A DNA stretch of 64,000 nucleotides, taken from contig CAVYBO010000001.1 of the NCBI GenBank assembly GCA_963766885.1, forward strand, positions 4,352-68,351, written 5' to 3'. The notes under the pieces were generated by a model, which was given only the letters and a program-made list of their open reading frames with translations, had not been told where the DNA came from and did not search any database. A program made the translations under genes and the position numbers. Positions 56,105-64,000 of this stretch are shown here, one piece after another. Every line of letters begins with the position of its first letter. Within the stretch, counting starts at the first letter, position 1. This DNA comes from an uncultured bacterium (GTDB lineage: Bacteria > Patescibacteriota > Minisyncoccia > Phycocordibacterales > CAIRYW01).

Positions 56105-56905
56105 ATGAACGACAATATTTTACATTCAAAAAAGTTTGAAAAAGTAGTTATCGGATTACTTGCAATTATTACTGTATTTTTTATTTTTGAAATTATTTCA
56201 ATTGCTTGGGGATTTTTTCAAACAAATCCTGCATCACCCGTTAACACTATTTCAGTTTCTGGTACTGGCAAAGTTTACGCAGTTGCAGACATTGCAGAGT
56301 TTACTTTTTCTGTTGATGAAACTGCGGATACTGTGGCAGACGCGCAGTCAAAGGCTACGGACATCGGCAACAAAGCAATTGATTATTTGAAACAGCAAGG
56401 AATTGCAGCAACAGATATTCAAGCAAGCGGTTACAATGTTAATCCACAATATTCTGATGACACTGCAGTGCCTTGCCCAGCGATTTATCCTTCAAATTGC
56501 CCCCCATCAACTGGTGGAAAATTGATCGGCTATGAAGTCACAGAATCTGTGAATGTAAAAGTTCGCGACATTTCCAAAGCCGGAAGCATTCTTTCTGGAA
56601 TCGGCTCAATTGGCGTGACAAATATTTCTGGACTTTCATTTACTATTGATAATGATGAGACACTGAAAGAACAAGCTCGTGAGGCAGCAATCACAGATGC
56701 CAAAGCGCAAGCGCAAAAGTTGGCAAGCGATCTTGGTGTTCGTTTGGGTAAAGTGACAAGTTATTCAGAAAACGGCAACGGACAAATTTATACTCCTCAA
56801 GCAATGGCAGTTGGCGCTGTATCATCAGCAGCATCTGCTCCAGAACTTCCTGCAGGCCAAAATCAAATTGAAGTTGATGTGCAGGTGATATATCAGATTA
56901 AGTAA
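56105..56905 (+). CDS. SIMPL domain (DUF541) protein
   Basis: ISVSGTGKV, AREAAI.DAK..A..LA..LGV.LG. Confidence 0.9.
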   Translation: MNDNILHSKKFEKVVIGLLAIITVFFIFEIISIAWGFFQTNPASPVNTISVSGTGKVYAVADIAEFTFSVDETADTVADAQSKATDIGNKAIDYLKQQGIAATDIQASGYNVNPQYSDDTAVPCPAIYPSNCPPSTGGKLIGYEVTESVNVKVRDISKAGSILSGIGSIGVTNISGLSFTIDNDETLKEQAREAAITDAKAQAQKLASDLGVRLGKVTSYSENGNGQIYTPQAMAVGAVSSAASAPELPAGQNQIEVDVQVIYQIK

Positions 56906-56997
56906 CTAGTTCTATTAAAAGCGCTTGTTTTTTCTAGAAAAGGGGGTATATTTGTATATACCCCAGCAGGGGTTTTTTAGTTAGAATTTAAGTAAAA

Positions 56998-57183
56998 ATG
57001 AGCAAAATAGGCGATTATATAAAGGAATCAAAGACTGAATTGAGCCATGTAAACTGGCCAACGCGGAACCAAACAATGATGTTTTCGGCGTTGGTTATCG
57101 TAATATCTGTTGTTGGGGGGCTTTATCTTGGATTTTTCGATTCAACATTCAAATTACTTATTGAAAAAATCTTAAGCATCTAA
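56998..57183 (+). CDS. secE: preprotein translocase SecE
   Basis: ELSHVNWPT + TM, upstream of nusG. Confidence 0.93.
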   Translation: MSKIGDYIKESKTELSHVNWPTRNQTMMFSALVIVISVVGGLYLGFFDSTFKLLIEKILSI

Positions 57184-57186
57184 ATT

Positions 57187-57729
57187 ATGTCAAAACAAGC
57201 AGAAGGAGAAAGAAATTGGTACGCGATCCACACCTACGCAGGTTATGAAAACGCCGTTGCCAAAAACTTGAAGCAAAGAATAGAATCTCTAGGAATGGAA
57301 GACAAAATTTTTAATGTTATCGTGCCTACAGAAAAAAAGATCAAAGTTAAAGCAAACAAAAGAGTGGAGGAAGAAGAAAAAATTTATCCTGGATACGTTT
57401 TGGTGGATATGATTGTGACTGATGATTCTTGGTATGTGGTCAGAAACACTCCGCGCGTTACAGGATTTGTTGGATCAGGAGTTTTTCCAGTGCCGCTTGA
57501 TAAATCAGAAGTAGATGAATTGTTCCGCAGAATGGAAAATTCAACTCCAAAACACAATATTGATTTGGACGTTGATGATGCTGTAACGATTGTTGACGGG
57601 CCTTTCAAGGACTTGGAGGGCAAAGTTGGCGATGTGGACCAAGAAAGAGGCAAGATCAAAGTGCTTGTTTCGATGTTCGGCAGAGAGACGCCAGTTGAAT
57701 TGGACTTTTTGCAAGTCAAAAAGATTTAA
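57187..57729 (+). CDS. nusG: transcription termination/antitermination factor
   Basis: WYAIHTYAGYE, PGYVLV, KOW, MFGRETPVEL. Confidence 0.97.
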   Translation: MSKQAEGERNWYAIHTYAGYENAVAKNLKQRIESLGMEDKIFNVIVPTEKKIKVKANKRVEEEEKIYPGYVLVDMIVTDDSWYVVRNTPRVTGFVGSGVFPVPLDKSEVDELFRRMENSTPKHNIDLDVDDAVTIVDGPFKDLEGKVGDVDQERGKIKVLVSMFGRETPVELDFLQVKKI

Positions 57730-57802
57730 GATACATTAGTAACGCCCGTCCGTAATAAGGAGCTTCTCGGGCCAGAAAATAAAATAGAATAAACAGAATA
57801 AA

Positions 57803-58225
57803 ATGGCAAAAAAAATAACAAAACAATTAAAACTGATGATTCCTGGAGGCAAAGCCGTGCCTGGACAGCAGCTTGGTCCTGCGCTAGGAAGTGCTGGAAT
57901 CAACATCGGAGAATTCGTAAAAAGATTTAACGACGAAACCAAAACTCGCGTAGGAGAGACTGTACCGACAATCGTAAATGTTTTTGAAGATAGAACTTAC
58001 GCCATGGTCTACAAGACAGAGCCTGCAAGCCAGATGGTCATCAAAGCAATCGGCATTGAAAAAGGCTCTGGAGAAAATACAAAGAAGAAAGTCGGTAAAA
58101 TTTCCAAATTAAAGATCAAAGAAATCGCAGAAAAGAAAATGGTAGACCTGAATGCAAAAGACCTAGCTGGCGCAATAAAGATTATTGAAGGAACTTGTAG
58201 GAGTATGGGCGTCGAAGTGATATAG
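57803..58225 (+). CDS. rplK: 50S ribosomal protein L11
   Basis: LGPALG..GINI.EF, GTCRSMGVEV. Confidence 0.96.
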   Translation: MAKKITKQLKLMIPGGKAVPGQQLGPALGSAGINIGEFVKRFNDETKTRVGETVPTIVNVFEDRTYAMVYKTEPASQMVIKAIGIEKGSGENTKKKVGKISKLKIKEIAEKKMVDLNAKDLAGAIKIIEGTCRSMGVEVI

Positions 58226-58237
58226 ATCACTTTGGCG

Positions 58238-58310
58238 GACCTTTTGAGATATTTTGGAGAACTTTGTTCGAACAAAATATCCAAAAGGTGTACTGCTCCT
58301 GTAAGGAGTT
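58238..58310. repeat. structured repeat element copy 3
   Basis: GACCTTTTGAG...CCAAAAGGTGTACTGCTCCTGTAAGGAGT. Confidence 0.8.
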
Positions 58311-58341
58311 GAGGTGGTAGCGTAAATAAAAAATTGAAATT

Positions 58342-58370
58342 AAGCCGCGCCCTTCGGGCGCGGCTTTTTT
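58342..58370 (+). terminator. intrinsic terminator after rplK
   Basis: gccgcgccc-ttc-gggcgcggc + T6. Confidence 0.9.
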
Positions 58371-58421
58371 GTTTGACAATTTTTATTTTACAGAATAACC
58401 TGTAAACAAGGAGAATGAATA

Positions 58422-58811
58422 ATGAACATTAAAGATGTCCTTTTAAAACAGGCTCAACCGTCAGATTCTGAAGTCGTTTCCAAAGCTTTGGAACATCATC
58501 CTCAACTCAAAGGCCACAAGGTCTTTTTGCAACTGGAAGACCTCCGGAAGTTTTTGGACACTCACAACCAAAACAAGCATTCGTGGAAGACTCTCGATGA
58601 GCTTGCCGAAAAGGCAAAGGGTCTTTGGCGTCTGATAAGCGTTTGGTCCAAGCAAGGTCCTCCCGAAAACGAAATGAGATTTTGGTCAGTTCGTGAGGAA
58701 GAGGACTCCCCATCCAACGATTGGTGGGGGAGTTACCATCTCTACTTTTGTCTCGCGATTTCTATGGACGAAGACGTCGAGATATTCAAAGTGAAGGTTG
58801 AAGAGTTCTAA
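58422..58811 (+). CDS. hypothetical protein
   Basis: 129 aa, AAGGAG RBS, TTGACA upstream. Confidence 0.65.
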   Translation: MNIKDVLLKQAQPSDSEVVSKALEHHPQLKGHKVFLQLEDLRKFLDTHNQNKHSWKTLDELAEKAKGLWRLISVWSKQGPPENEMRFWSVREEEDSPSNDWWGSYHLYFCLAISMDEDVEIFKVKVEEF

Positions 58812-58844
58812 GCTAGTACCACTTAATAAAATAGGTGGGATTTT

Positions 58845-59342
58845 TTATTTCAAAACTTTATACTCCAAAAATATTGTGCCAGTTGGAGTTGTGGATTCGG
58901 AAACCAGTTCTAATTTTGTGGGAATATTTTCATTAAACAATTTTATTCCCTCGCCAAAAATTACAGGCTCAATTGTCAGATAAATTGTGTCCACTGTTCC
59001 TGACTTTATAAACTTTGTATAAATTGAAGATCCTCCGCAGATTGCAACTTCTTTAAATCCTCGAGTTTCTAATTTTTCAATCAAATCTTTTGGTTCATCA
59101 TCTGTGGATTCTGTGCCTTCAAATTTTTTGGACCTAGAATAAATAATATTGAGCCTATCTTTTAGCGGACGGTTAAAAGTCTCGTATGTTGTGGCGCCCA
59201 TCACCACAACTCCGGCACGTTTGGTAATTTCCATAAAGCGTTTTTTGTCCTCAGGACTGCTCCAGCTTGTGGAAACCTGCTCTTTGCTTTGAGCAATAAA
59301 TCCGTCAGCGGTAATCGCTGCGATAATAAAAGTTTTAATCAT
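58845..59342 (-). CDS. folA: dihydrofolate reductase
   Basis: IAAITADGFI, VVMGATT, PL.DRLN, ICGGSSIY. Confidence 0.88.
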   Translation of the reverse strand: MIKTFIIAAITADGFIAQSKEQVSTSWSSPEDKKRFMEITKRAGVVVMGATTYETFNRPLKDRLNIIYSRSKKFEGTESTDDEPKDLIEKLETRGFKEVAICGGSSIYTKFIKSGTVDTIYLTIEPVIFGEGIKLFNENIPTKLELVSESTTPTGTIFLEYKVLK

Positions 59343-59396
59343 ATTTTCATAATAGCAAATTTACTCGAAATTTTCTTGTGATATCATTTGGAAATT

Positions 59397-61106
59397 ATGA
59401 CGCAAGAAGAAGCACTCTCAATCCTAAAAACTGGCGCAAATGTTTTCCTGACGGGAGAACCTGGCTCTGGAAAGACGCATACGATAAATCAGTATTCGGA
59501 GTATCTCAAAGCTCACAACGTTGAACCTGCTATTACAGCTTCTACAGGAATTGCTGCCACGCACATTGGAGGACTTACAATTCACTCGTGGAGCGGGATA
59601 GGCATCAAAAACCAACTAACAGAATATGATTTGGATAAAATCGCTTCAAGTGAATATATTTCCAAGCGGGTCCGCAAAGCCAAGGTTTTGATTATTGATG
59701 AAATTTCAATGCTTGCTCCAGACACGCTTTTGATGGTTGATGCAGTTTGCAGGGAGGTAAAGCAAACTAGCGAACCGTTTGGCGGACTGCAGATTATTTT
59801 TGTCGGAGATTTTTTTCAGCTTCCACCAATTGTCAGAAGGAATTTTGACGATGATCACAATCAAGAAATATTTCCAGACCAAGACAGAGGCAGGTTTGCT
59901 TTTGAATCTAGCGCCTGGAAAAGGGCCAATCCTGCAGTTTGCTATCTTTCAGAACAACATAGGCAGGAAGATAAAGTTTTTTTGGAATTGCTGACTTCTA
60001 TCCGAAAAAATTTATGGAAAGACGCGCATAAGGAAATTCTTGAAAGAAGAAAAATCAGTCTTAAAGAAGTTTCTCTAAACACACCAAAACTCTTTTCACA
60101 CAATATTGATGTTGATAAGGTCAACTATGATGAGCTTACAAAAATTTCCGGCGACTCTGAGGTTTTTACAATGCTTGAGGAGGGAAACGGGGTATTGGTT
60201 TCAATTCTGAAGAAAGGATGTCTTTCGCCGGAAAGGCTGTCTCTCAAAGTTGGTGCTTCGGTAATGTTTACTAAAAATAATCACAAGGAAGGCTATATGA
60301 ACGGCACGCTTGGCAATATTGAAAGTTTTTCTCCATTTACAAACAATCCAATTGTCAAAATAAGAAACGGAAAACTGATTGAAGTTGAAAGAGCTGACTG
60401 GAATATAGAAGACAACGGAAAGATAAGGGCAAAAATAAGCCAGCTTCCACTTCGTCTCGCCTGGGCTATAACTGTCCACAAGAGCCAAGGTATGAGCCTG
60501 GATGAAGCTGTGATGGATTTGAGCCGGGTTTTTGAATACGGTCAAGGTTATGTAGCCCTTTCTAGAGTGCGGTCGCTTTCAGGACTCTATCTTTTAGGTT
60601 TGAATGAAAAGGCGCTCAAAGTGCATCCGGACGTTTTCGAGCAAGATGTTTTGTTTAGGGAGAGCTCGAAAGAGGCCAAAGAAGCATTTGAAAAAATGCC
60701 AAAAGATGACTTAGAAATAATCCAAAAAAATTTTATTCTTTTTTGCGGAGGCACAGTCGGAGTTTCTAGTGCGGAAGATTTAAAAAATAAAAAGGAGAAA
60801 ATTAGCACGTATAAAATTACTTTGAGTTTATGGATGGAAGACAAGACTATCAAAGAAATCGCCAAGATAAGAAAATTAAAAGAAAGAACAATTTTTGATC
60901 ATATCGAATATCTTTTTGAAAGAAAAGAAATTGAAAGGCATCAAATTCTGCGTTTAGTTACTCCGAAGCTCAAAAAAGCTTTGCCTGAGATAAATAAAAT
61001 TTTTGAAGAGATGGGAAAAGAAAAACTTACTCCTGTTTTTGAAAAAATGAATGGAGAGATTTCCTATGAAGAACTTAGAATTGCGAGAATGCTTTCTAAT
61101 ATTTAA
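59397..61106 (+). CDS. Pif1-family 5'-3' helicase with C-terminal HTH
   Basis: TGEPGSGKT, IIDEISM, GDFFQLPP, QLPLRLAWAITVHKSQG, YVALSR. Confidence 0.92.
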   Translation: MTQEEALSILKTGANVFLTGEPGSGKTHTINQYSEYLKAHNVEPAITASTGIAATHIGGLTIHSWSGIGIKNQLTEYDLDKIASSEYISKRVRKAKVLIIDEISMLAPDTLLMVDAVCREVKQTSEPFGGLQIIFVGDFFQLPPIVRRNFDDDHNQEIFPDQDRGRFAFESSAWKRANPAVCYLSEQHRQEDKVFLELLTSIRKNLWKDAHKEILERRKISLKEVSLNTPKLFSHNIDVDKVNYDELTKISGDSEVFTMLEEGNGVLVSILKKGCLSPERLSLKVGASVMFTKNNHKEGYMNGTLGNIESFSPFTNNPIVKIRNGKLIEVERADWNIEDNGKIRAKISQLPLRLAWAITVHKSQGMSLDEAVMDLSRVFEYGQGYVALSRVRSLSGLYLLGLNEKALKVHPDVFEQDVLFRESSKEAKEAFEKMPKDDLEIIQKNFILFCGGTVGVSSAEDLKNKKEKISTYKITLSLWMEDKTIKEIAKIRKLKERTIFDHIEYLFERKEIERHQILRLVTPKLKKALPEINKIFEEMGKEKLTPVFEKMNGEISYEELRIARMLSNI

Positions 61107-61107
61107 A

Positions 61108-61527
61108 TTATTTTCCTGTACTGCCAAAAGCCCCTGTGCCTCGCGCAGAATCTGAAAGCTCGGTAACTTCTTCAAGCTCTGCGATTGCAACAGGAAAGAT
61201 TACAAGTTGAGCTATTTTGTGTCCTTTTTCAACTGTGTATGGCTTGTCGCTTAAATTTACCAGATGCACATTGTATTCGCCTCTGTATCCAGCGTCAAAA
61301 ACTCCGCCCATGGTATGAAGTCCGGCTTTTGAAATTGAAGATTTGTCTTTAACAATCGCTGCAAATCCTTCAGGGAATTCCAAAGCAAAGCCATTAAAAA
61401 ATCGTGCGTGCTCTCCCGGTTGAATCGTCTGAGTTTCCAAAGCATACAAATCCAAACCCACATCTCCAGGCAGCGCGTACGAAGGAAGCTTGGCTTCAGG
61501 ATTGAGTTTTTTGATCTTGATTTTCAT
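61108..61527 (-). CDS. dut: dUTP diphosphatase
   Basis: GLDL, GVFDAGYRGE, IAQLV, RGTGAFGSTG. Confidence 0.95.
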   Translation of the reverse strand: MKIKIKKLNPEAKLPSYALPGDVGLDLYALETQTIQPGEHARFFNGFALEFPEGFAAIVKDKSSISKAGLHTMGGVFDAGYRGEYNVHLVNLSDKPYTVEKGHKIAQLVIFPVAIAELEEVTELSDSARGTGAFGSTGK

Positions 61528-61539
61528 TAGTTGAAAACT

Positions 61540-62223
61540 TTACTTAACTGGTTTTTTCTTGATGTCACGATCAGAGTAGAGTTTTGGGAGCATCATTTCT
61601 GGTTTCCAGCTTTTTTTCATCTTGTTAACATCAGTTGAAGAATTGTATTTGCCACTGACGTTGTAATCCTTACCCAGGATTTCTCCTGTTTCAAAAAACA
61701 CAATCTGCGCGATTCGTCTGCCAACAACCAAAGGGATTGAATAGTGCTTTGAATTATTGGTAATTTCCATTGTCCATCTGTTGGTATAGCCAACATCACC
61801 CCATCCTGCGCATTTGCAGACTTCTATAAAGCTTCTACCCAAAGATGATCGTGCTTTCATCATTGTGGTGATGTGATTTTTACCTCCGATAAATTCGTTG
61901 GTATGTGCCAGAATCGTTTCTCCAGGTTCAAGTACGATTACTTTTTCTTCAGGATTTATTCCAGTGAAATCAAATTTATATTTACTGAATATTTCTTTTG
62001 CAGTTGCAGCTTTTTTGGGTTTTGTGCCCCATACTCGGTCAACGTGGGATTTGTCGTATATATTGTAGATAGTTTGAAAATGTTTTGGTGGCTGCTGCGG
62101 AAAAAAATATTCACCAAGCGTCACATCATAGCTTGAAGTGGCAAGATTTTCTTTGACGAAAGGAAAAATTACCACGTTTCCATTTTTCATTTCTTCTAGA
62201 ATTTTTTTGTCTGAAAGCGCCAT
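61540..62223 (-). CDS. dcd: dCTP deaminase family protein
   Basis: LSDK.I, SYDVTLG, ARSSLGR, GDVGY, IAQIVF. Confidence 0.88.
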   Translation of the reverse strand: MALSDKKILEEMKNGNVVIFPFVKENLATSSYDVTLGEYFFPQQPPKHFQTIYNIYDKSHVDRVWGTKPKKAATAKEIFSKYKFDFTGINPEEKVIVLEPGETILAHTNEFIGGKNHITTMMKARSSLGRSFIEVCKCAGWGDVGYTNRWTMEITNNSKHYSIPLVVGRRIAQIVFFETGEILGKDYNVSGKYNSSTDVNKMKKSWKPEMMLPKLYSDRDIKKKPVK

Positions 62224-62260
62224 AGGCTACTATTGTTGCAGAACTCAATTTAAAACACAA

Positions 62261-63193
62261 CTACACAGCAATCGGAGCTTTTATGGCAGGATGCGGATCG
62301 TAATTTAGGAGTTCGATGTCTTCAAGTTTGAAGTCAAAAAGGCTTTTTACATTTGGATTTAGTTTTACTGTTGGAGCTGCTTTCGGCTCTCTCTGAAGCT
62401 GTTCGTTCACTTGATCAATGTGGTTTAAATAAATATGCGTGTCACCTCCAGTCCAAATAAAATCTCCCGGCTGTAATCCTGATACGTGAGCAATCATAAT
62501 TGTAAGCAAAGCGTAGGAAGCGATATTAAAAGGAACACCAAGAAAAGTATCACAGCTTCGCTGGTAGAGGTGACACGAAAGTTTTCCATCAGAAACAAAA
62601 AATTGAAACAAACAATGGCAGGGAGGCAAGCCCGCTTTTGCCATCTCATCAATTTCTGCAGGATTCCATGCGCTGATAATAATTCTTCTAGAGTCTGGAT
62701 TTTTTTTGAGAGTTTCCAAAACTTCTGTTAGCTGATCAATTTCTTTGCCATCGGGAGTCTGCCATCTTCTCCATTGTTTGCCGTAAACAGGGCCCAAATC
62801 TCCCCACTTTTTGGAAAATTCTTCATTATTTAGAATTTTGTCGGTGAATTCTTTTTTCTGAGCTTTCCAGTCTTCGCTATTAACTTCTGGAATCGGCATA
62901 TTGTTTGCTTTGAGATACCACTTGAAAGGCCATTCATCCCAAATGTGATTATTATTTTCAAGCAGAGTTTTGAGTTTTGTATCTCCTGCTATAAACCATA
63001 AAAGCTCAGAAACAACTAATCTAAAAGCAATTTTTTTTGTAGTAAGCAAAGGAAAGTTTTTGCTTAAATCAAATCTCATTTGTGTACCAAAAAGAGCGAT
63101 AGTTCCTGTGCCCGTACGGTCACCTTTTTTTTCTCCCTCGGAAAGTATACGTTTTAAGAGGTTGTGATATTCAATATCGTGTGGATTATTCAT
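62261..63193 (-). CDS. thyA: thymidylate synthase
   Basis: DRTGTGT, PLLTTKK, LPPCH, YQRSCD, PFNIASY. Confidence 0.97.
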   Translation of the reverse strand: MNNPHDIEYHNLLKRILSEGEKKGDRTGTGTIALFGTQMRFDLSKNFPLLTTKKIAFRLVVSELLWFIAGDTKLKTLLENNNHIWDEWPFKWYLKANNMPIPEVNSEDWKAQKKEFTDKILNNEEFSKKWGDLGPVYGKQWRRWQTPDGKEIDQLTEVLETLKKNPDSRRIIISAWNPAEIDEMAKAGLPPCHCLFQFFVSDGKLSCHLYQRSCDTFLGVPFNIASYALLTIMIAHVSGLQPGDFIWTGGDTHIYLNHIDQVNEQLQREPKAAPTVKLNPNVKSLFDFKLEDIELLNYDPHPAIKAPIAV

Positions 63194-63258
63194 GTATTTA
63201 TTTTATCACTAAACATTCTTTACAAAAAACTTCCAAAACACTTTTATTTTTTAGTCAA

Positions 63259-63284
63259 TGTAATCTGGTTTTAATCGAAACGTA
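63259..63284 (+). promoter_or_regulatory. candidate ECF sigma promoter
   Basis: TGTAAT-N16-CGTA upstream of 63364. Confidence 0.45.
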
Positions 63285-63363
63285 TTATGACCTTAGTGCC
63301 CTTTAAAAAACACAAAGTTTTGTAACATTCACACACATCAAATTTCAATACTGTACCGCCAAA

Positions 63364-63843
63364 ATGAAAAAACAGACTCACAACTTATGCTTCGATCAAA
63401 GAAGAATCGAAGAGGTGGAAAATATTTCCAAAAGAAAGAAGGTTTCAAGGAAACTAAAGAACTACCTGATAGAAATGGTTTCCAAACCAGCGTGGCCTAG
63501 GGAAATAATGCTCCCATCTACCCACGACAATGTCGCAGCTCTACTGATATGTGAACCCGGAGGCGAAATCGGGAATCTGACAATTTCAGATGAACTCCAT
63601 CTATTTTTTGATGGAATGATCATAATTGAAAGATGGCCGTATATTGCCAATGGTGGTTTAGAACGGACGGCTTTTAAGCTCTTGAAAATCCGGAAGGTCA
63701 AGGTTAGTGGGCAATTAGTGGAAGTGCTGCTTGAGGAACCAGAGAGTGGATGTCAAAGCGCTGGGTTGCGCAGGAGGTTTGATTTTTCAGACCATACCGG
63801 GGAACCGGTTATTAAAGAGGTTAGTCATCCACTGCTTGAGTAA
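63364..63843 (+). CDS. hypothetical protein
   Basis: 159 aa followed by hairpin gagccg-ttta-cggctc and T run. Confidence 0.6.
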   Translation: MKKQTHNLCFDQRRIEEVENISKRKKVSRKLKNYLIEMVSKPAWPREIMLPSTHDNVAALLICEPGGEIGNLTISDELHLFFDGMIIIERWPYIANGGLERTAFKLLKIRKVKVSGQLVEVLLEEPESGCQSAGLRRRFDFSDHTGEPVIKEVSHPLLE

Positions 63844-63956
63844 GAGCCGTTTACGGCTCATTTTTTATTTATGTTAAAATTCAAGTATGATTTAAGTGCT
63901 TAAAATTCGGATTTGCGATATTTACAGGAAGCGAATTTTTAACTAAATAAAATATT

Positions 63957-64000
63957 ATGAAAGACAAACAAATTGAATCACTCATAAAAAAGGAAAAAGC
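63957..64000 (+). CDS. start of a gene truncated by window edge, possibly serine hydroxymethyltransferase
   Basis: MKDKQIESLIKKEK resembles SHMT N-termini; next to thyA/folA; only 14 codons visible. Confidence 0.35.
   Translation, partial: MKDKQIESLIKKEK

Overview
AT-rich bacterial chromosome segment. It is most consistent with a Patescibacteria/CPR (Parcubacteria-like) genome: compact housekeeping genes, pilMNO, secE-nusG-rplK with no rplA following, and many apparently leaderless genes. It carries seven tRNAs, a type II R-M pair, two sortases with an LPxTG-like substrate, an ECF sigma/anti-sigma pair and a dTMP cluster. The main discovery is a ~19.6 kb tandem array (31134-50719) of 13 gene cassettes anchored at the 3' end of tRNA-His. 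Each cassette ends in a conserved arm terminating in the tRNA-His 3' core GTCGCCC(A), and most begin with one of three recurrent start-arm families. No integrase is recognisable in the window. On the minus strand the end arms encode a ~22-33 aa peptide showing synonymous-biased variation (GDVVEDVRTVFERLNDATIYIP or GDYGYPFITILSDQEYMAGVREKLKL); at the tRNA junction a TAG from the tRNA replaces it. Cargo includes hisG with a His-His leader, thrC+MoaD, a methyltransferase, NUDIX, CYTH, HD and kinase genes, and a 1368-aa surface protein. This looks like an integron-like, tRNA-anchored gene-capture system. Secondary findings: a covarying structured repeat behind both tRNA-Arg genes and rplK, a candidate ECF promoter regulon with a possible sRNA, an HNH gene overlapping tRNA-Ser, and an acidic mini-protein next to the R-M system. 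All product calls come from motif recognition, not database searches.
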